From Gammaproteobacteria bacterium (GTDB lineage: Bacteria; Pseudomonadota; Gammaproteobacteria; JASBUN01), in the NCBI GenBank assembly GCA_037385045.1, contig JARRNJ010000017.1:1797-65796 (forward strand): a stretch of 64,000 bases of DNA. The letters are read 5' to 3'. Position numbers and translations under genes: made by a program. The notes under the pieces are model-generated. The model did not search any database and had not been told where the DNA came from. It saw only the letters and a program-made list of their open reading frames with translations. Of this stretch, positions 35,599 to 45,170 are shown in pieces. The first letter of the stretch is position 1, and every line of letters begins with the position of its first letter.

Positions 35599-36111
35599 AT
35601 GAATACCAACGGGCTGCGGGGTATGCAGGCCCCTCTCAAGGAGCGTTATCGCCAGACGCCGGAGGACGCCTTGGTCACCCTTCATGCGCGTGGCCGTCTC
35701 GGCGAAGGCGTGACCTGCAGCGTCGAAACGGGCAGGGCGCTGGAGGTGGCCGGCCTGCACCCCGCAACCGGCGGCAGTGGTTTGCACGCCTGTTCCGGCG
35801 ACATGCTGTTGGAAGCCCTGGTTGCATGCGCCGGTGTTACCCTGAACGCGGTGGCCACTGCGTTGGGCATCCAGCTTCGCGATGCAACGTTGTACGCAGA
35901 GGGCGATCTCGATTTCCGCGGTACGCTCGGAGTGGCCAAGGATGTTCCGGTGGGGTTTCAGAATATCCGCCTGCGGCTTGATCTCGACACGGACGCCGAC
36001 GAGGAGCAGCTCTCCACACTGCTGCGCCTGACCGAGCGTTACTGCGTCGTCTACCAGACGCTCGCCTGTCCGCCGGTGTTGACGGTCACCCATAAAGCGG
36101 CGCGGACGTGA
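35599..36111 (+). CDS. OsmC/Ohr-family peroxiredoxin-like protein
   Basis: Two conserved Cys contexts (HACSGDMLLEALVAC and TERYCVVYQTL). GAGGAG RBS. Confidence 0.88.
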   Translation: MNTNGLRGMQAPLKERYRQTPEDALVTLHARGRLGEGVTCSVETGRALEVAGLHPATGGSGLHACSGDMLLEALVACAGVTLNAVATALGIQLRDATLYAEGDLDFRGTLGVAKDVPVGFQNIRLRLDLDTDADEEQLSTLLRLTERYCVVYQTLACPPVLTVTHKAART

Positions 36112-36203
36112 CGTGCCCGGGTCGGATCAGAGCTGCCCGCCTACGATTGTCATGTAATTCCGATATCCATCGGGTCGTGTGCCGGGTTCCCATTGAAAAT
36201 CCG

Positions 36204-36404
36204 ATGGACATGGACGAAAGCGAACGAATACGCACCTCCATCGACGCCCCTTACCGGTCCGAGTCAAGGCGTGTTTTTGCCGCGCTGATCCGTCTATTGG
36301 GTGACCTCCATGTTGATCACCGGGAGCGATGCAGGCGCGGAACAGTGAACCGCGCCCGAGCCGGCCAGGTGGGCAATCCCACCAGGTTGTTCACAGGAGG
36401 GTAG
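36204..36404 (+). pseudogene. 5' fragment of an ECF-type sigma factor (SigJ/DUF6596 class) running into the repeat element
   Basis: IDAPYRSESRRVFAALIRLLGD parallels the family N-terminus I(E/D)A.(W/Y)R.ES.R(L/V).A.L.R..(R/G)D. Similarity is lost about 30 aa in, and repeat copy B starts at 36375. Confidence 0.35.
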
Positions 36405-36602
36405 TGAAAACGGCGGATGCGCTGCGCTTATCCACCCTACGTTTTTCAGACTCGCCAGCGGCCTGGTGCGTTTGGCGCGCCGCACCGCAACTCAATTGCG
36501 CCCGTAGGGCCATCTGTTTCATGCCAAACGCCGACTTCCGGGGCCGCTCACACTTGCCTGTGTCCGGTGAATTGCCCGGCGAACAACCTTCCGAGAAATT
36601 GC
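36375..36602 (+). repeat. composite dispersed repeat, copy B (5' module, single REP unit, 138-nt 3' module)
   Basis: See copy A. It ends 2 nt before the stop codon (36605-36607) of the convergent SHOCT-domain gene. Confidence 0.8.
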
Positions 36603-36604
36603 GG

Positions 36605-37285
36605 CTAGTCGACGCCGTGGTATTGCAGAATGCGCGCCTTGACGGCTTCGTATTCGTCGGCGCCGAGCACCCCTTCGTCTTTCAATCTCCGGTGTTCGCG
36701 CAGTTCGGCGGCCAGCAGTGCCCGGCTGCTTGGGTAGCGTTGTTCTCTGGCCTGGCGGATACGGTGTATCAGATCCTGGACGAACTCGCGGAATTCGTGT
36801 CTTGCCGGCTTGTCGTTCAGGAATTCCACCAGCGGGGCGCGGCCGTGTTGGCTGTGAAACAGCAGCTTGTCGCAAGAGCGGTGCAAAGCCCACAACATAA
36901 CCACTGCGGAACCGGCCCCGCTCAGGATCACCAAGGCGATCCACGGGGCGGTCAGCTCGGTGTTGGGCGCAAAATGGACATAGACGACCGGCAACGTGGC
37001 GGCAATCAACAACGCAAGCGCTACACCGACCCAGCGCCAGGCGATGACCCGGCGGCGGAGCGGATCCGGATCCAGGAAGGCAAGATCGAGCACGTAGCGG
37101 CGGGATTGCGAACGCCAGCTTCGGGACCGGATTTCCATGTAATGGCCGTTGAAAATTTCGTAAGCCGCGCGGTGGCCCTTGAATTCGCTGGCCTGGGCAA
37201 ACCTGCGCTCGGTGGTGCGCGGCGCCGTGCCGGGCTCGTCGTCGGAAGCCAGTAAAATATGTTCGATGTCCTGCTCGCCATTCAT
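36605..37285 (-). CDS. membrane protein with C-terminal SHOCT domain
   Basis: Start taken at MNGEQDIEHILLASDD. Two TM helices. C-terminus LREHRRLKDEGVLGADEYEAVKARIL is SHOCT-like. Confidence 0.65.
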   Translation of the reverse strand: MNGEQDIEHILLASDDEPGTAPRTTERRFAQASEFKGHRAAYEIFNGHYMEIRSRSWRSQSRRYVLDLAFLDPDPLRRRVIAWRWVGVALALLIAATLPVVYVHFAPNTELTAPWIALVILSGAGSAVVMLWALHRSCDKLLFHSQHGRAPLVEFLNDKPARHEFREFVQDLIHRIRQAREQRYPSSRALLAAELREHRRLKDEGVLGADEYEAVKARILQYHGVD

Positions 37286-37398
37286 GGTTCTTGTGATTTT
37301 TGCGCGCTTGCCCAGTGACTTCCGTTCACGGTGCGATGATGCCGCATCCCCCGAAAGCCTAGGAAACCCGCTTTGCAACGCCGGGTCCGTGACTGGCG

Positions 37399-37860
37399 TC
37401 ACAACGAACCGGGTTGGTGCAGGTCGTAGCCGACGCGGGCGTTGCCCACCAGTCCCATTTCCGTCAACGCTTGTTCCAGAGGTGTGTGAGGCACTGCATT
37501 GCCGAGCGTTTGCCGCAGTTTCCGGTCATCAAGGCTGACCTCCCGGTACCAGAGATAGCGCATTTCGAGCAGGCCGCGGAACAGCACCGAGAACGGTGCC
37601 ATGAGGCGTACGGCCCACCAGGGAAATTGTTTTACTTTGACAGGCTGGCCGCTGACCGTGCGCAGCGTTTCGGCGATGGCGTTGAAGCTCAGGCGCTGAC
37701 CGCCAAAGTGAAACACGCTCCACGCTGGGAGTTCGCGCCTGCGCTCCACAAAGTCCACCGCCAGGAGGTCGGCGCGCTGCTGCCGCCACCACCCGTGTCC
37801 AGCCCCTCGAACCCCTGGCCAGCCCCTGGAACCCCTGGCCGATAGACTCGCCGGCGTCAT
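37399..37860 (-). pseudogene. C-terminal fragment of an NAD-dependent epimerase/dehydratase (SDR) gene
   Basis: ELPAWSVFHFGGQRLSFNAIAETLRTVSGQPVKVKQFPWWAVRLMAPFSVLFRGLLEMRYLW...LDDRKLRQTLG is a typical C-terminal half. No Rossmann N-terminus is found in frame upstream. A 20-bp tandem duplication sits at the break. Confidence 0.6.
37801..37840. repeat. 20-bp tandem duplication (agcccctcgaacccctggcc / agcccctggaacccctggcc)
   Basis: Read directly, 1 mismatch. The length is not a multiple of 3, so it shifts the frame of the SDR gene. Confidence 0.9.
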
Positions 37861-38563
37861 GTGCCGGAGCGGGAATTTGTGGGCCTGTACGCCCTGTGTG
37901 AAGAGCAGGCGTTATGTCGAGGACCGGCAGATTAACGGCCTCGTAATCGCCAGCGCCAGCGTGACGCACGAGCTGATCAAGGATGGAGCGGCCACCTTGA
38001 GCTTTTGATGAGCAGTGCGGAAGGACTCGACCATCATCATGTACCGTGGACTGAGGCGGTGGTATCGGGCAGTGGTGGTGTTGCCCGGCGTCGGCCTTGC
38101 CAACGGGTTCGAGGCCTTCTGCGCTGCCGTCGTATTGAGCGTCATCGAGGCTATTCACTTCCGCCTTCGAGGGGCAGCCTTGCCGCTTTCCCCGGGTAGA
38201 TGCGGATGACATATACGTCAATGCTCGCTCTGCTTCCTTGGCTGGCGCTGAACGTCTTGTTCTGGCCGGCGACCATAGGCACTGCCGTGCCGCCCGCTAC
38301 CTGTCGCTGCTGCCCGGGAACCGTACCGAGGCGACGTCGTTGGACCTGATCTGGCGTACCTTCCTGTCGGCTCCGGTCAAGGGCAACGTCATGCAGGGCC
38401 TGCCGCCGGCGCGTTAACGAGCGCCATGGCGCGCGCCTGTCTGCGAACATTTCTCATCCGACTGCGATCTCATTTGAGCTTTTTATTCATGGTTTTTGAA
38501 CTATAGTCTCAAGACGGGCTCCCGGGCAGCGCTTCCGGGGCCGCCATTCGAAGGAAATCCGAC

Positions 38564-39532
38564 ATGCCGCGCACCATTCTTGCGGGTGTGGCTCTGCTCG
38601 GGGCCGCGACCGGCGCCGTCGCGCACGATGTCGTCGTGCCCGCCGTTATCGGCGAGCTGCCGGCGGAGCATCTCACCAAACGCATCTACGTCATCCATGG
38701 TCCCCAGGCGCTGCCGTCGCCAGCAACCCATGCCTTCATGAACAACCCGGGATTCGTCGTGACCTCCAAAGGGGTGGTGGTGATCGACCCGGGCAGCAGC
38801 CTCCGGGTCGGTCAGGGGGTGCTGGACAAGATCGCCGAAATCACTCATCAGCCTGTGGTGGCGGTGTTCAATACGCATGTCCACGGTGACCATTGGCTGG
38901 GCAACCAGGCGGTGCACGAGCGCTTTCCCAAAGCGGTGATCTATGCCCACGAACGTATGATCGAGCGGGCCCGGAACGGCGAGGGCGAGTATTGGATCGG
39001 GCTGTTCCAGAAAATGACCGACGGCGCCCTGGACGGAACGGTTGCAGTGGTTCCCACTGTCGGGCTGAAGGGCGGCGAGGAGCTCGATTTCGGCGATACG
39101 CGCCTGCGCATTCTGCACACGGGCAAGGCACATACCGATCACGACCTGATGATCGAGGTCATTCAGGACAAGAGCATGTTCACCGGCGACGTGGTCACCA
39201 ACCACCGCGTGCCCTCGTCCGACGTGCCCCAGGATGCCGACTTCAAAGGGCAGATACACGCGATCGAGATGTTGTTGGCGACCTCGGACGAGGTGTTTAT
39301 TCCCGGACATGGCCGCAGCGGCGGGCGCGAAGTGCCACAAGCGTCGTTGCGGTTCCTGAAGACGCTGTATTCCTCGGTGCGCAAGTACTATCAGCAGGGC
39401 CTCGCCGATTATGAGATGAGGAAGTACGTGGCGGCCGATCTCGCCGAGTTCAAGGACTGGCAGAACTTCGACCAGTTGGGCCGGGTCATCAGCTTTGTAT
39501 ATCTGCAGGTCGAGCGGGAGGCGTTTGAGTGA
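38564..39532 (+). CDS. periplasmic MBL-fold metallo-hydrolase
   Basis: Signal peptide ...GAATGAVAHD. HxHxDH motif (NTHVHGDHW), with later H and D ligands (HTGKAHTDHD, PGHG). Confidence 0.88.
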   Translation: MPRTILAGVALLGAATGAVAHDVVVPAVIGELPAEHLTKRIYVIHGPQALPSPATHAFMNNPGFVVTSKGVVVIDPGSSLRVGQGVLDKIAEITHQPVVAVFNTHVHGDHWLGNQAVHERFPKAVIYAHERMIERARNGEGEYWIGLFQKMTDGALDGTVAVVPTVGLKGGEELDFGDTRLRILHTGKAHTDHDLMIEVIQDKSMFTGDVVTNHRVPSSDVPQDADFKGQIHAIEMLLATSDEVFIPGHGRSGGREVPQASLRFLKTLYSSVRKYYQQGLADYEMRKYVAADLAEFKDWQNFDQLGRVISFVYLQVEREAFE

Positions 39533-39589
39533 GCCCCGCGGGTGCGTGGCGCCCGGGGCAGAAGACCCAACCATGAGGGGCACCCTGTT

Positions 39590-40525
39590 ATGACCCAAGT
39601 TGCCGTTGTGCAACAACCGCCCGTATTCCTGGACAAGCAACGCACGTTGGAGCGGGCCGAGGCCCTGGTCGCCGAGGCGGCCGCGGCCGGTGCGGATTTG
39701 ATTGTGTTTCCGGAAGCATTCATCCCCGGTTACCCTGCGTGGATCTGGCGCCTGCGCCCGGGCGGTGACTGGGCGCTGGTCGAGACGATCCATGCGCGCC
39801 TTCTGGAGAACGCGGTCAACCTCGACAGCGATGATCTCGCGCCACTTTACAGTGCTGCGAGGAATCATCGAGTAACCATCGTATGCGGCATGGACGAGCG
39901 CGAAGGCCGGCTCAGCCAGGCGACTCTCTACAATACCGTGGTGGTTATCGGTGCCGACGGCAGACTGATGAATCGGCACCGCAAGGTGATGCCCACCAAT
40001 CCAGAACGGATGGTGTGGGGTTTCGGCGACGCGTCCGGCCTCAAGGTTATCGACACCCCGGCCGGCAGAGTCGGCACCCTCATCTGCTGGGAGAATTATA
40101 TGCCCTTGGCGCGCTACGCGCTTTACGCCCAAGGGGTGGAAATCTATATCGCGCCCACCTACGACAGCGGCGACGGCTGGATCGGCACCTTGCAGCATAT
40201 TGCGCGCGAGGGCGGGTGCTGGGTCGTGGGCAGCGGCAATGCGCTGAAGGCCGGCGACATACCCGAGGACTTTCCCGACAAATCGTCCCTATACCCGGAC
40301 CCGGGTGAGTGGGTCAATCCGGGGGATTCCGTGGTCGTTGCTCCCGGCGGCGAAATCGTTGCCGGTCCCCTGCGCAACGAGCTCGCCATTCTGTACTGCG
40401 AGGTGGACCCGCGCCGGGTTGGCCTTGCACGCCGCACGCTCGACGTTGTCGGGCATTACGCGCGTCCCGACCTGTTCCAGTTGCACGTCAATACCCAGGC
40501 GCAAAGTCCAGTCAAATTCGAATGA
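39590..40525 (+). CDS. nitrilase / cyanide hydratase-family carbon-nitrogen hydrolase
   Basis: Glu-Lys-Cys triad contexts FPEAFIPGYP, HRKVMPT and LICWENYMPLAR. Start at MTQVAVVQQPPVF after a GAGGGG RBS. Confidence 0.92.
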   Translation: MTQVAVVQQPPVFLDKQRTLERAEALVAEAAAAGADLIVFPEAFIPGYPAWIWRLRPGGDWALVETIHARLLENAVNLDSDDLAPLYSAARNHRVTIVCGMDEREGRLSQATLYNTVVVIGADGRLMNRHRKVMPTNPERMVWGFGDASGLKVIDTPAGRVGTLICWENYMPLARYALYAQGVEIYIAPTYDSGDGWIGTLQHIAREGGCWVVGSGNALKAGDIPEDFPDKSSLYPDPGEWVNPGDSVVVAPGGEIVAGPLRNELAILYCEVDPRRVGLARRTLDVVGHYARPDLFQLHVNTQAQSPVKFE

Positions 40526-40660
40526 AAGCATTTGACGAATGTTGGCCGCCTCGCCCCGTGCGGCCGGGCGGGGCCCTCTGTCGTGCACTCCTGCGGCACG
40601 GCTCGCCCCTGCTGACGTGGTGGGTTCTTTCCCGCGACCGCCTGGCGGCAAAAAAGCGGC

Positions 40661-41492
40661 CTAGGCGTTCAGGATGTGCTGCGCCTGTTCCAGGAAATCG
40701 AGCAACTCCGGATCATCGGGGATACTGCCATGCCGCGCGAGGCCAAGCTTGCGCAGCGCGGGCACCCGGCTGTGGTCGACGCCCATGGGCGCCGGTCCCA
40801 ACTCGTGACCCGCGTAGAGTTCCGCCGCAATAACCAGGTCGACCAGAGTGGGTTGTGCGTCTCCGGTACGGTAGACATCTTCGTGTTCATTGGCCACATC
40901 GATGAATTGGCTGCCGAAGTTCCAGGCCTTGAGCACCGTGGCGCCAATGTCGGTATGGTGTCTGCGCAGCAGCGATTGCAGCGCCGCCGCGTCGTCCATG
41001 AGGTGCTTCTGTTTCGCCGCATGTTGCAGAATCGGCAGATAGCCGATGTCGTGGATCATGCCGGCGAGCATGGCCTCGTCCGGACTGAGCCGCGTATAGC
41101 GCGCCGCCAGGGCGTATGACCAGATGGCAACGGCCAGTGAGTGGGCAAAGACCTGTTGCAGGTATTTTGCCCCTAACCCCTGGGTCGGGCGCATCACCTG
41201 GACGATGGACAGATTGACGATCAGGGTGCGCACCAATGACAGACCCAGCCGGGTCACTGCGGTGCCCACGTCCTCTATCGCCGCCCCGGTCCGCCGATAC
41301 AGCGGGCTGTTGGCGCGTGGTCGCGTCGGCGTCCTCGACGACGTGCCGCACCTTCTGCGCCACATCGGGCAGAGACGGCAGCACCAGGCGATTTGCCTCG
41401 ATATCCCGGCGCAGCCCATCGATGAACTGGCCGTCGAAATCGCTGCCGTTCGGCGGCGTTCTGCATGTGGTCGTGTCGGGCACCGGGTACAT
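40661..41492 (-). pseudogene. HDOD-domain signalling protein with frameshift plus short internal deletion
   Basis: The N-terminus ...LPSLPDVAQKVRHVVEDADATTR is in the frame of ORF 40887..41492. The continuation ANSPLYRRTGAAIEDVGTAVTRLGLSLVR...GMIHDIGYLP is in the frame of ORF 40661..41419. The junction is near 41312-41320. The usual ~20 aa (DPALSARLL type) between these segments is missing. Confidence 0.7.
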
Positions 41493-41710
41493 TGCGGCTC
41501 CTGGCCGTTTGTCGGTGGATTACCCCGTCAGGCATCCTTTCTCGGGTATCGGCATGATCGATTGAAAACTTTAGCGATTCCACGGGCTTCCGCTGCCGCG
41601 ATGGAGATGGGGGCGACGGCCGGGTGGCACCAAACGGGACCGTGCGGTGTGGCCGCATACCGGGCCGGCTGCGCCGGGAGGCGGGAAAGTGTCCCGTGTT
41701 GCGGCGGTAA

Positions 41711-41899
41711 GGCTTTGAAAATTGGTCCAAAGTGCCGGCGGCCGTCCCGACCGGTGACCTCCACCTCCCGGTGGCCCAGGACCACTCCCGGCGCATCGGC
41801 TATCAGGACGCGAACGCCTTCCGCGGGCTGTTCAGGCGATACACCGACCTGTCGCCGCGCGGTTGCCGGCAGCGAGTCGGCGCGCATCGCAACAATTGA
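41711..41899 (+). pseudogene. 3' remnant of an AraC/GlxA-type regulator (last ~45 aa of the HTH domain)
   Basis: The frame reads ...TGDLHLPVAQDHSRRIGYQDANAFRGLFRRYTDLSPRGCRQRVG, matching the AraC C-terminal consensus (VGYxDxxxFRRxFRRxTGxSPxxYRxRF). A stop lies immediately upstream and no N-terminal part is present. Confidence 0.6.
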
Positions 41900-42005
41900 A
41901 CCACGTGCCCCGGCATTTCGGATAACGGCGGCGCGAAACAGCACCCCGATTTCGTGGTTATGCGCGCTTCAAGTAACATAGGGCGAGCTGAGTAATCACC
42001 ACCGC

Positions 42006-43847
42006 ATGGACGACCGAGCCCTCCACATTCTGCGTACCGTCTTCGGCTACCAGCAGTTCCGTTCGCCCCAGGACGAAGTCATCGACACGTTGCTGGCGGG
42101 CGGAGATGCCCTGGTGGTGATGCCCACCGGCGGCGGCAAGTCGCTTTGTTACCAGATTCCGGCCATCGTGCGCCCCGGCGTCGGTGTCGTTGTCTCGCCG
42201 CTGATCGCCCTGATGCACGACCAGGTGGCCGCGCTGCGTCAGGCGGGCGTGCGGGCGGCCTGCCTCAATTCCACTCTGGCGCCCCACGAGGCGCGTGCGG
42301 TGGAATCGCAGCTTGCCGGCGGCGAGCTCGATTTGCTCTATGTGGCGCCGGAGCGTCTGGTCCTGGAGCGCACCCTGTCCCTGCTGCAGTCTGCGCGCCT
42401 GGCGCTGTTCGCCATTGACGAGGCCCACTGTGTTTCCCAATGGGGGCACGATTTCCGGCCCGAGTACCTACGGCTCGATGTGTTGCGCCAGCAGTTTCCC
42501 GAGGTGCCGCGGGTGGCGCTTACCGCCACCGCGGACGCGCCCACACGTCGCGACATCATCACCCGCCTGGCGCTGGAGAAGGCGCGGACGTTCGTCAGCG
42601 GATTCGACCGGCCCAATATCCGCTACCGCATCAGCCAGGGCGGTGCCGGGGCAAGGGAGCAACTACTGCGCTTCATCAACGCCGAACACCCGGGCGAGGC
42701 CGGCATCGTTTACTGCCTGTCGAGGCGCCGGGTTGACGAAGTGGCGCAATGGCTGGCGGCGCGCGGCCTCGCCGCATTGCCTTATCACGCCGGCCTCGGC
42801 GCCGAGGAGCGCGCCCGCAACCAGGCTCGGTTCCTCAATGAAGAAGGCGTGGTCATGGTGGCGACCATCGCCTTCGGCATGGGGATCGACAAACCGAACG
42901 TGCGTTTCGTCGCGCACCTGAACCTGCCCAGGAGCATCGAGGCCTACTACCAGGAAACCGGCCGCGCCGGGCGCGACGGTTTGCCCGCCGACGCCTGGAT
43001 GCACTACGGCCTGCAGGACGTGATCCTGCTGCGCCAGATGCTCGAGTCCTCGGACGCCGACGACGAGCACAAGCGCGTCGAGCGCCACAAGCTGGACGCG
43101 ATGCTGGGTCTGTGCGAGCTCACCACCTGCCGCCGCCAGGCGCTGCTGGCCTACTTCGGCGACGTGATGCCGGAACCGTGCGGCAATTGCGATACCTGCC
43201 TCGAGCCGCCGCAAACGTGGGATGCCACCGTGCCGGCACAGAAGGCGCTGTCCTGCGTGCACCGCACCGGCCAGCGCTTCGGCGTCAACTATCTCATCGA
43301 CGTGTTGCTGGGAAAGGACGGTGAGCGCCTGCGCCGCTTCGGCCATGACCGGCTCAGCACCTTCGGTATCGGCGCTGAACTCAATGCCCGGGAGTGGCGC
43401 GGCCTGTTCCGGCAGCTCATTGCCCGCGGACTGCTGTCGGTCGACCTGGAGGGGCACGGCGGCCTGCGTCTGACCGAGCGCTGCCGCGCCGTGCTGCGCG
43501 GGGAGCAGCCGCTGATGCTGCGGCGCGAGAGCAAGCCGCAGCGGACCAGAAAGGCCAAAGCCGCACCGCCCGCGCTCAGCCGTGAACCGGACCGCCAGCT
43601 GTGGGAGGCGCTGCGTGCGCGCCGCCGTGAACTGGCTACCGAGCAGGGCGTGCCGCCCTACGTGGTGTTTCACGACGCCACGCTGATGGAAATGGTCGAG
43701 CGCCGTCCCCAGAGCCTCGCCGAGTTGGCGCAGGTCTCCGGCGTCGGCGAGCGCAAGCTGGCGGCCTACGGGGCGGAATTTCTCCACGTGATCCGCGCTG
43801 ACGGCGACGCGCCCGATGCGAACGCGAAAGTTCGCCCTATCGACTAG
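42006..43847 (+). CDS. recQ: ATP-dependent DNA helicase RecQ
   Basis: 613 aa. Motifs [35 protein letters not shown], Zn-finger [11 protein letters not shown]...CGNCDTC, and a C-terminal HRDC domain. Confidence 0.96.
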   Translation: MDDRALHILRTVFGYQQFRSPQDEVIDTLLAGGDALVVMPTGGGKSLCYQIPAIVRPGVGVVVSPLIALMHDQVAALRQAGVRAACLNSTLAPHEARAVESQLAGGELDLLYVAPERLVLERTLSLLQSARLALFAIDEAHCVSQWGHDFRPEYLRLDVLRQQFPEVPRVALTATADAPTRRDIITRLALEKARTFVSGFDRPNIRYRISQGGAGAREQLLRFINAEHPGEAGIVYCLSRRRVDEVAQWLAARGLAALPYHAGLGAEERARNQARFLNEEGVVMVATIAFGMGIDKPNVRFVAHLNLPRSIEAYYQETGRAGRDGLPADAWMHYGLQDVILLRQMLESSDADDEHKRVERHKLDAMLGLCELTTCRRQALLAYFGDVMPEPCGNCDTCLEPPQTWDATVPAQKALSCVHRTGQRFGVNYLIDVLLGKDGERLRRFGHDRLSTFGIGAELNAREWRGLFRQLIARGLLSVDLEGHGGLRLTERCRAVLRGEQPLMLRRESKPQRTRKAKAAPPALSREPDRQLWEALRARRRELATEQGVPPYVVFHDATLMEMVERRPQSLAELAQVSGVGERKLAAYGAEFLHVIRADGDAPDANAKVRPID

Positions 43848-44004
43848 CTGCTTGGCCGACGGCCGCACAATCGGCACTGCTGCGCACCGGTTGCATCGAG
43901 CTGCGCTGAACGGCGATCATTTGATGTCTCCGGTTCAGGCGTCTCGGTTCTCACGGGGACCGGGGAACGACGGCCTCCCGCAAATCCGTTGAGAGGGTCA
44001 GCTA

Positions 44005-44325
44005 ATGACACAAGCAAAATTGACCGGCAGTTGCCTTTGCGGTTCGGTTCAATACGAGATCACCGGCGAGCCCAAACGCTTCTACCATTGCCACTGTTCG
44101 CGCTGCCGGAAGGCCAGCGGCACCGGGCACGCATCGAATCTGATCGTGGAGTTGGGCGCGGTTCGCTGGACGGCCGGCGAAGAGTTGATCGGCGGCTACA
44201 AAGTGCCGGAGGCCGAGCGCTTGCCGCTGGCGCCCCAGGCGCGTATCTTCTGGGACTCGCGCGTGTCCTGGTCGTGCAGCGGAGATGATTTGCCGGTGTT
44301 TGCGGAATATCCGCCCGCTCAGTAA
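44005..44325 (+). CDS. GFA (glutathione-dependent formaldehyde-activating/CENP-V) family protein, apparently internally deleted
   Basis: GSCLCGSVQYE and CHCSRCRKASG are present. The third Zn-ligand pair (FCxxCGS) expected after ...PEAER is absent. 106 aa against about 135 in remembered homologues. Confidence 0.7.
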   Translation: MTQAKLTGSCLCGSVQYEITGEPKRFYHCHCSRCRKASGTGHASNLIVELGAVRWTAGEELIGGYKVPEAERLPLAPQARIFWDSRVSWSCSGDDLPVFAEYPPAQ

Positions 44326-44536
44326 CCGCGCTGTTCGAACAGGGCTGGTTCGGGTGCCAGCGAGCATTTGAAGCGTGGAGCGGTGACCCACACGAAACCG
44401 TCGTTGGGCGTTGGTTTCGGGAGGGCTGGGCGACTTGCGTACGCACCTACGGCTCCGCGCATTGACGCTGTCTGAAGCGCGTTCTTCGGATCGCGTGCCG
44501 AACCGATCGAATCGACCAGTTATAGGAGGACGACCC

Positions 44537-45004
44537 ATGCTACAAGCCGGACAGGCAGCACCGGATTTCGTCATATCCGACACCGACGGTACCGATGTGA
44601 CACTGTCGGCCTTCAGGGGCGACAAGAACGTGGTGGTGTATTTCTATCCAAAGGACGACACGCCCGGTTGCACCATCGAAGCCAAGAATTTCACCGCGCT
44701 GAGGGATCGCTTCGACGCCGCGGATACCGTGGTGCTGGGGGTGAGCCGCGACGACTGCGCCAGTCATGCGGCGTTTCGTGACAAGTACGGGTTGAACGTG
44801 CGGCTGCTGGCGGACGACGACGGCCGGGTCAGCAACCAGTATGGTGTATGGCAGGAGCGGGACAAAGGCGGCGAGAAACGCATGGGTATCGTGCGTTCCA
44901 CGTTCATCATCGACAAGACTGGCACGATCCGTCATGCGCTGTACGGGGTGAAGGCCGACGGCCATGCCGCCCACGTGTTGGAGCTCGTGAGGGACCTCGG
45001 CTAA
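44537..45004 (+). CDS. bcp: thioredoxin-dependent thiol peroxidase (Bcp, peroxiredoxin)
   Basis: APDFVISDTDG...VVVYFYPKDDTPGCT...RSTFIIDKTG. AGGAGG RBS. Confidence 0.93.
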   Translation: MLQAGQAAPDFVISDTDGTDVTLSAFRGDKNVVVYFYPKDDTPGCTIEAKNFTALRDRFDAADTVVLGVSRDDCASHAAFRDKYGLNVRLLADDDGRVSNQYGVWQERDKGGEKRMGIVRSTFIIDKTGTIRHALYGVKADGHAAHVLELVRDLG

Positions 45005-45170
45005 GCTCCATGTCGGAGCGCGGCGCGGCTCCGGGGTGCGGCCGCGTTTTGCGTCATCTCCGCGCCGGTCGTTGCCGGTGTTCAATCAAGGCCGGGAATT
45101 TGATTGACGAAACCGATTCAGCGACGTCACTCGCCGGTGTTAGTATGCGTGGGTGACAGACGAAGGGCGT

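Noticed and set aside
38501-40198. 565-aa minus-strand ORF spanning the MBL and nitrilase genes
   Set aside because: No recognisable domain. The plus-strand genes have catalytic motifs and RBSs, so this is a shadow ORF. The same applies to 55896..57230, 42663..43877, 33218..34432 and 6012..7010.
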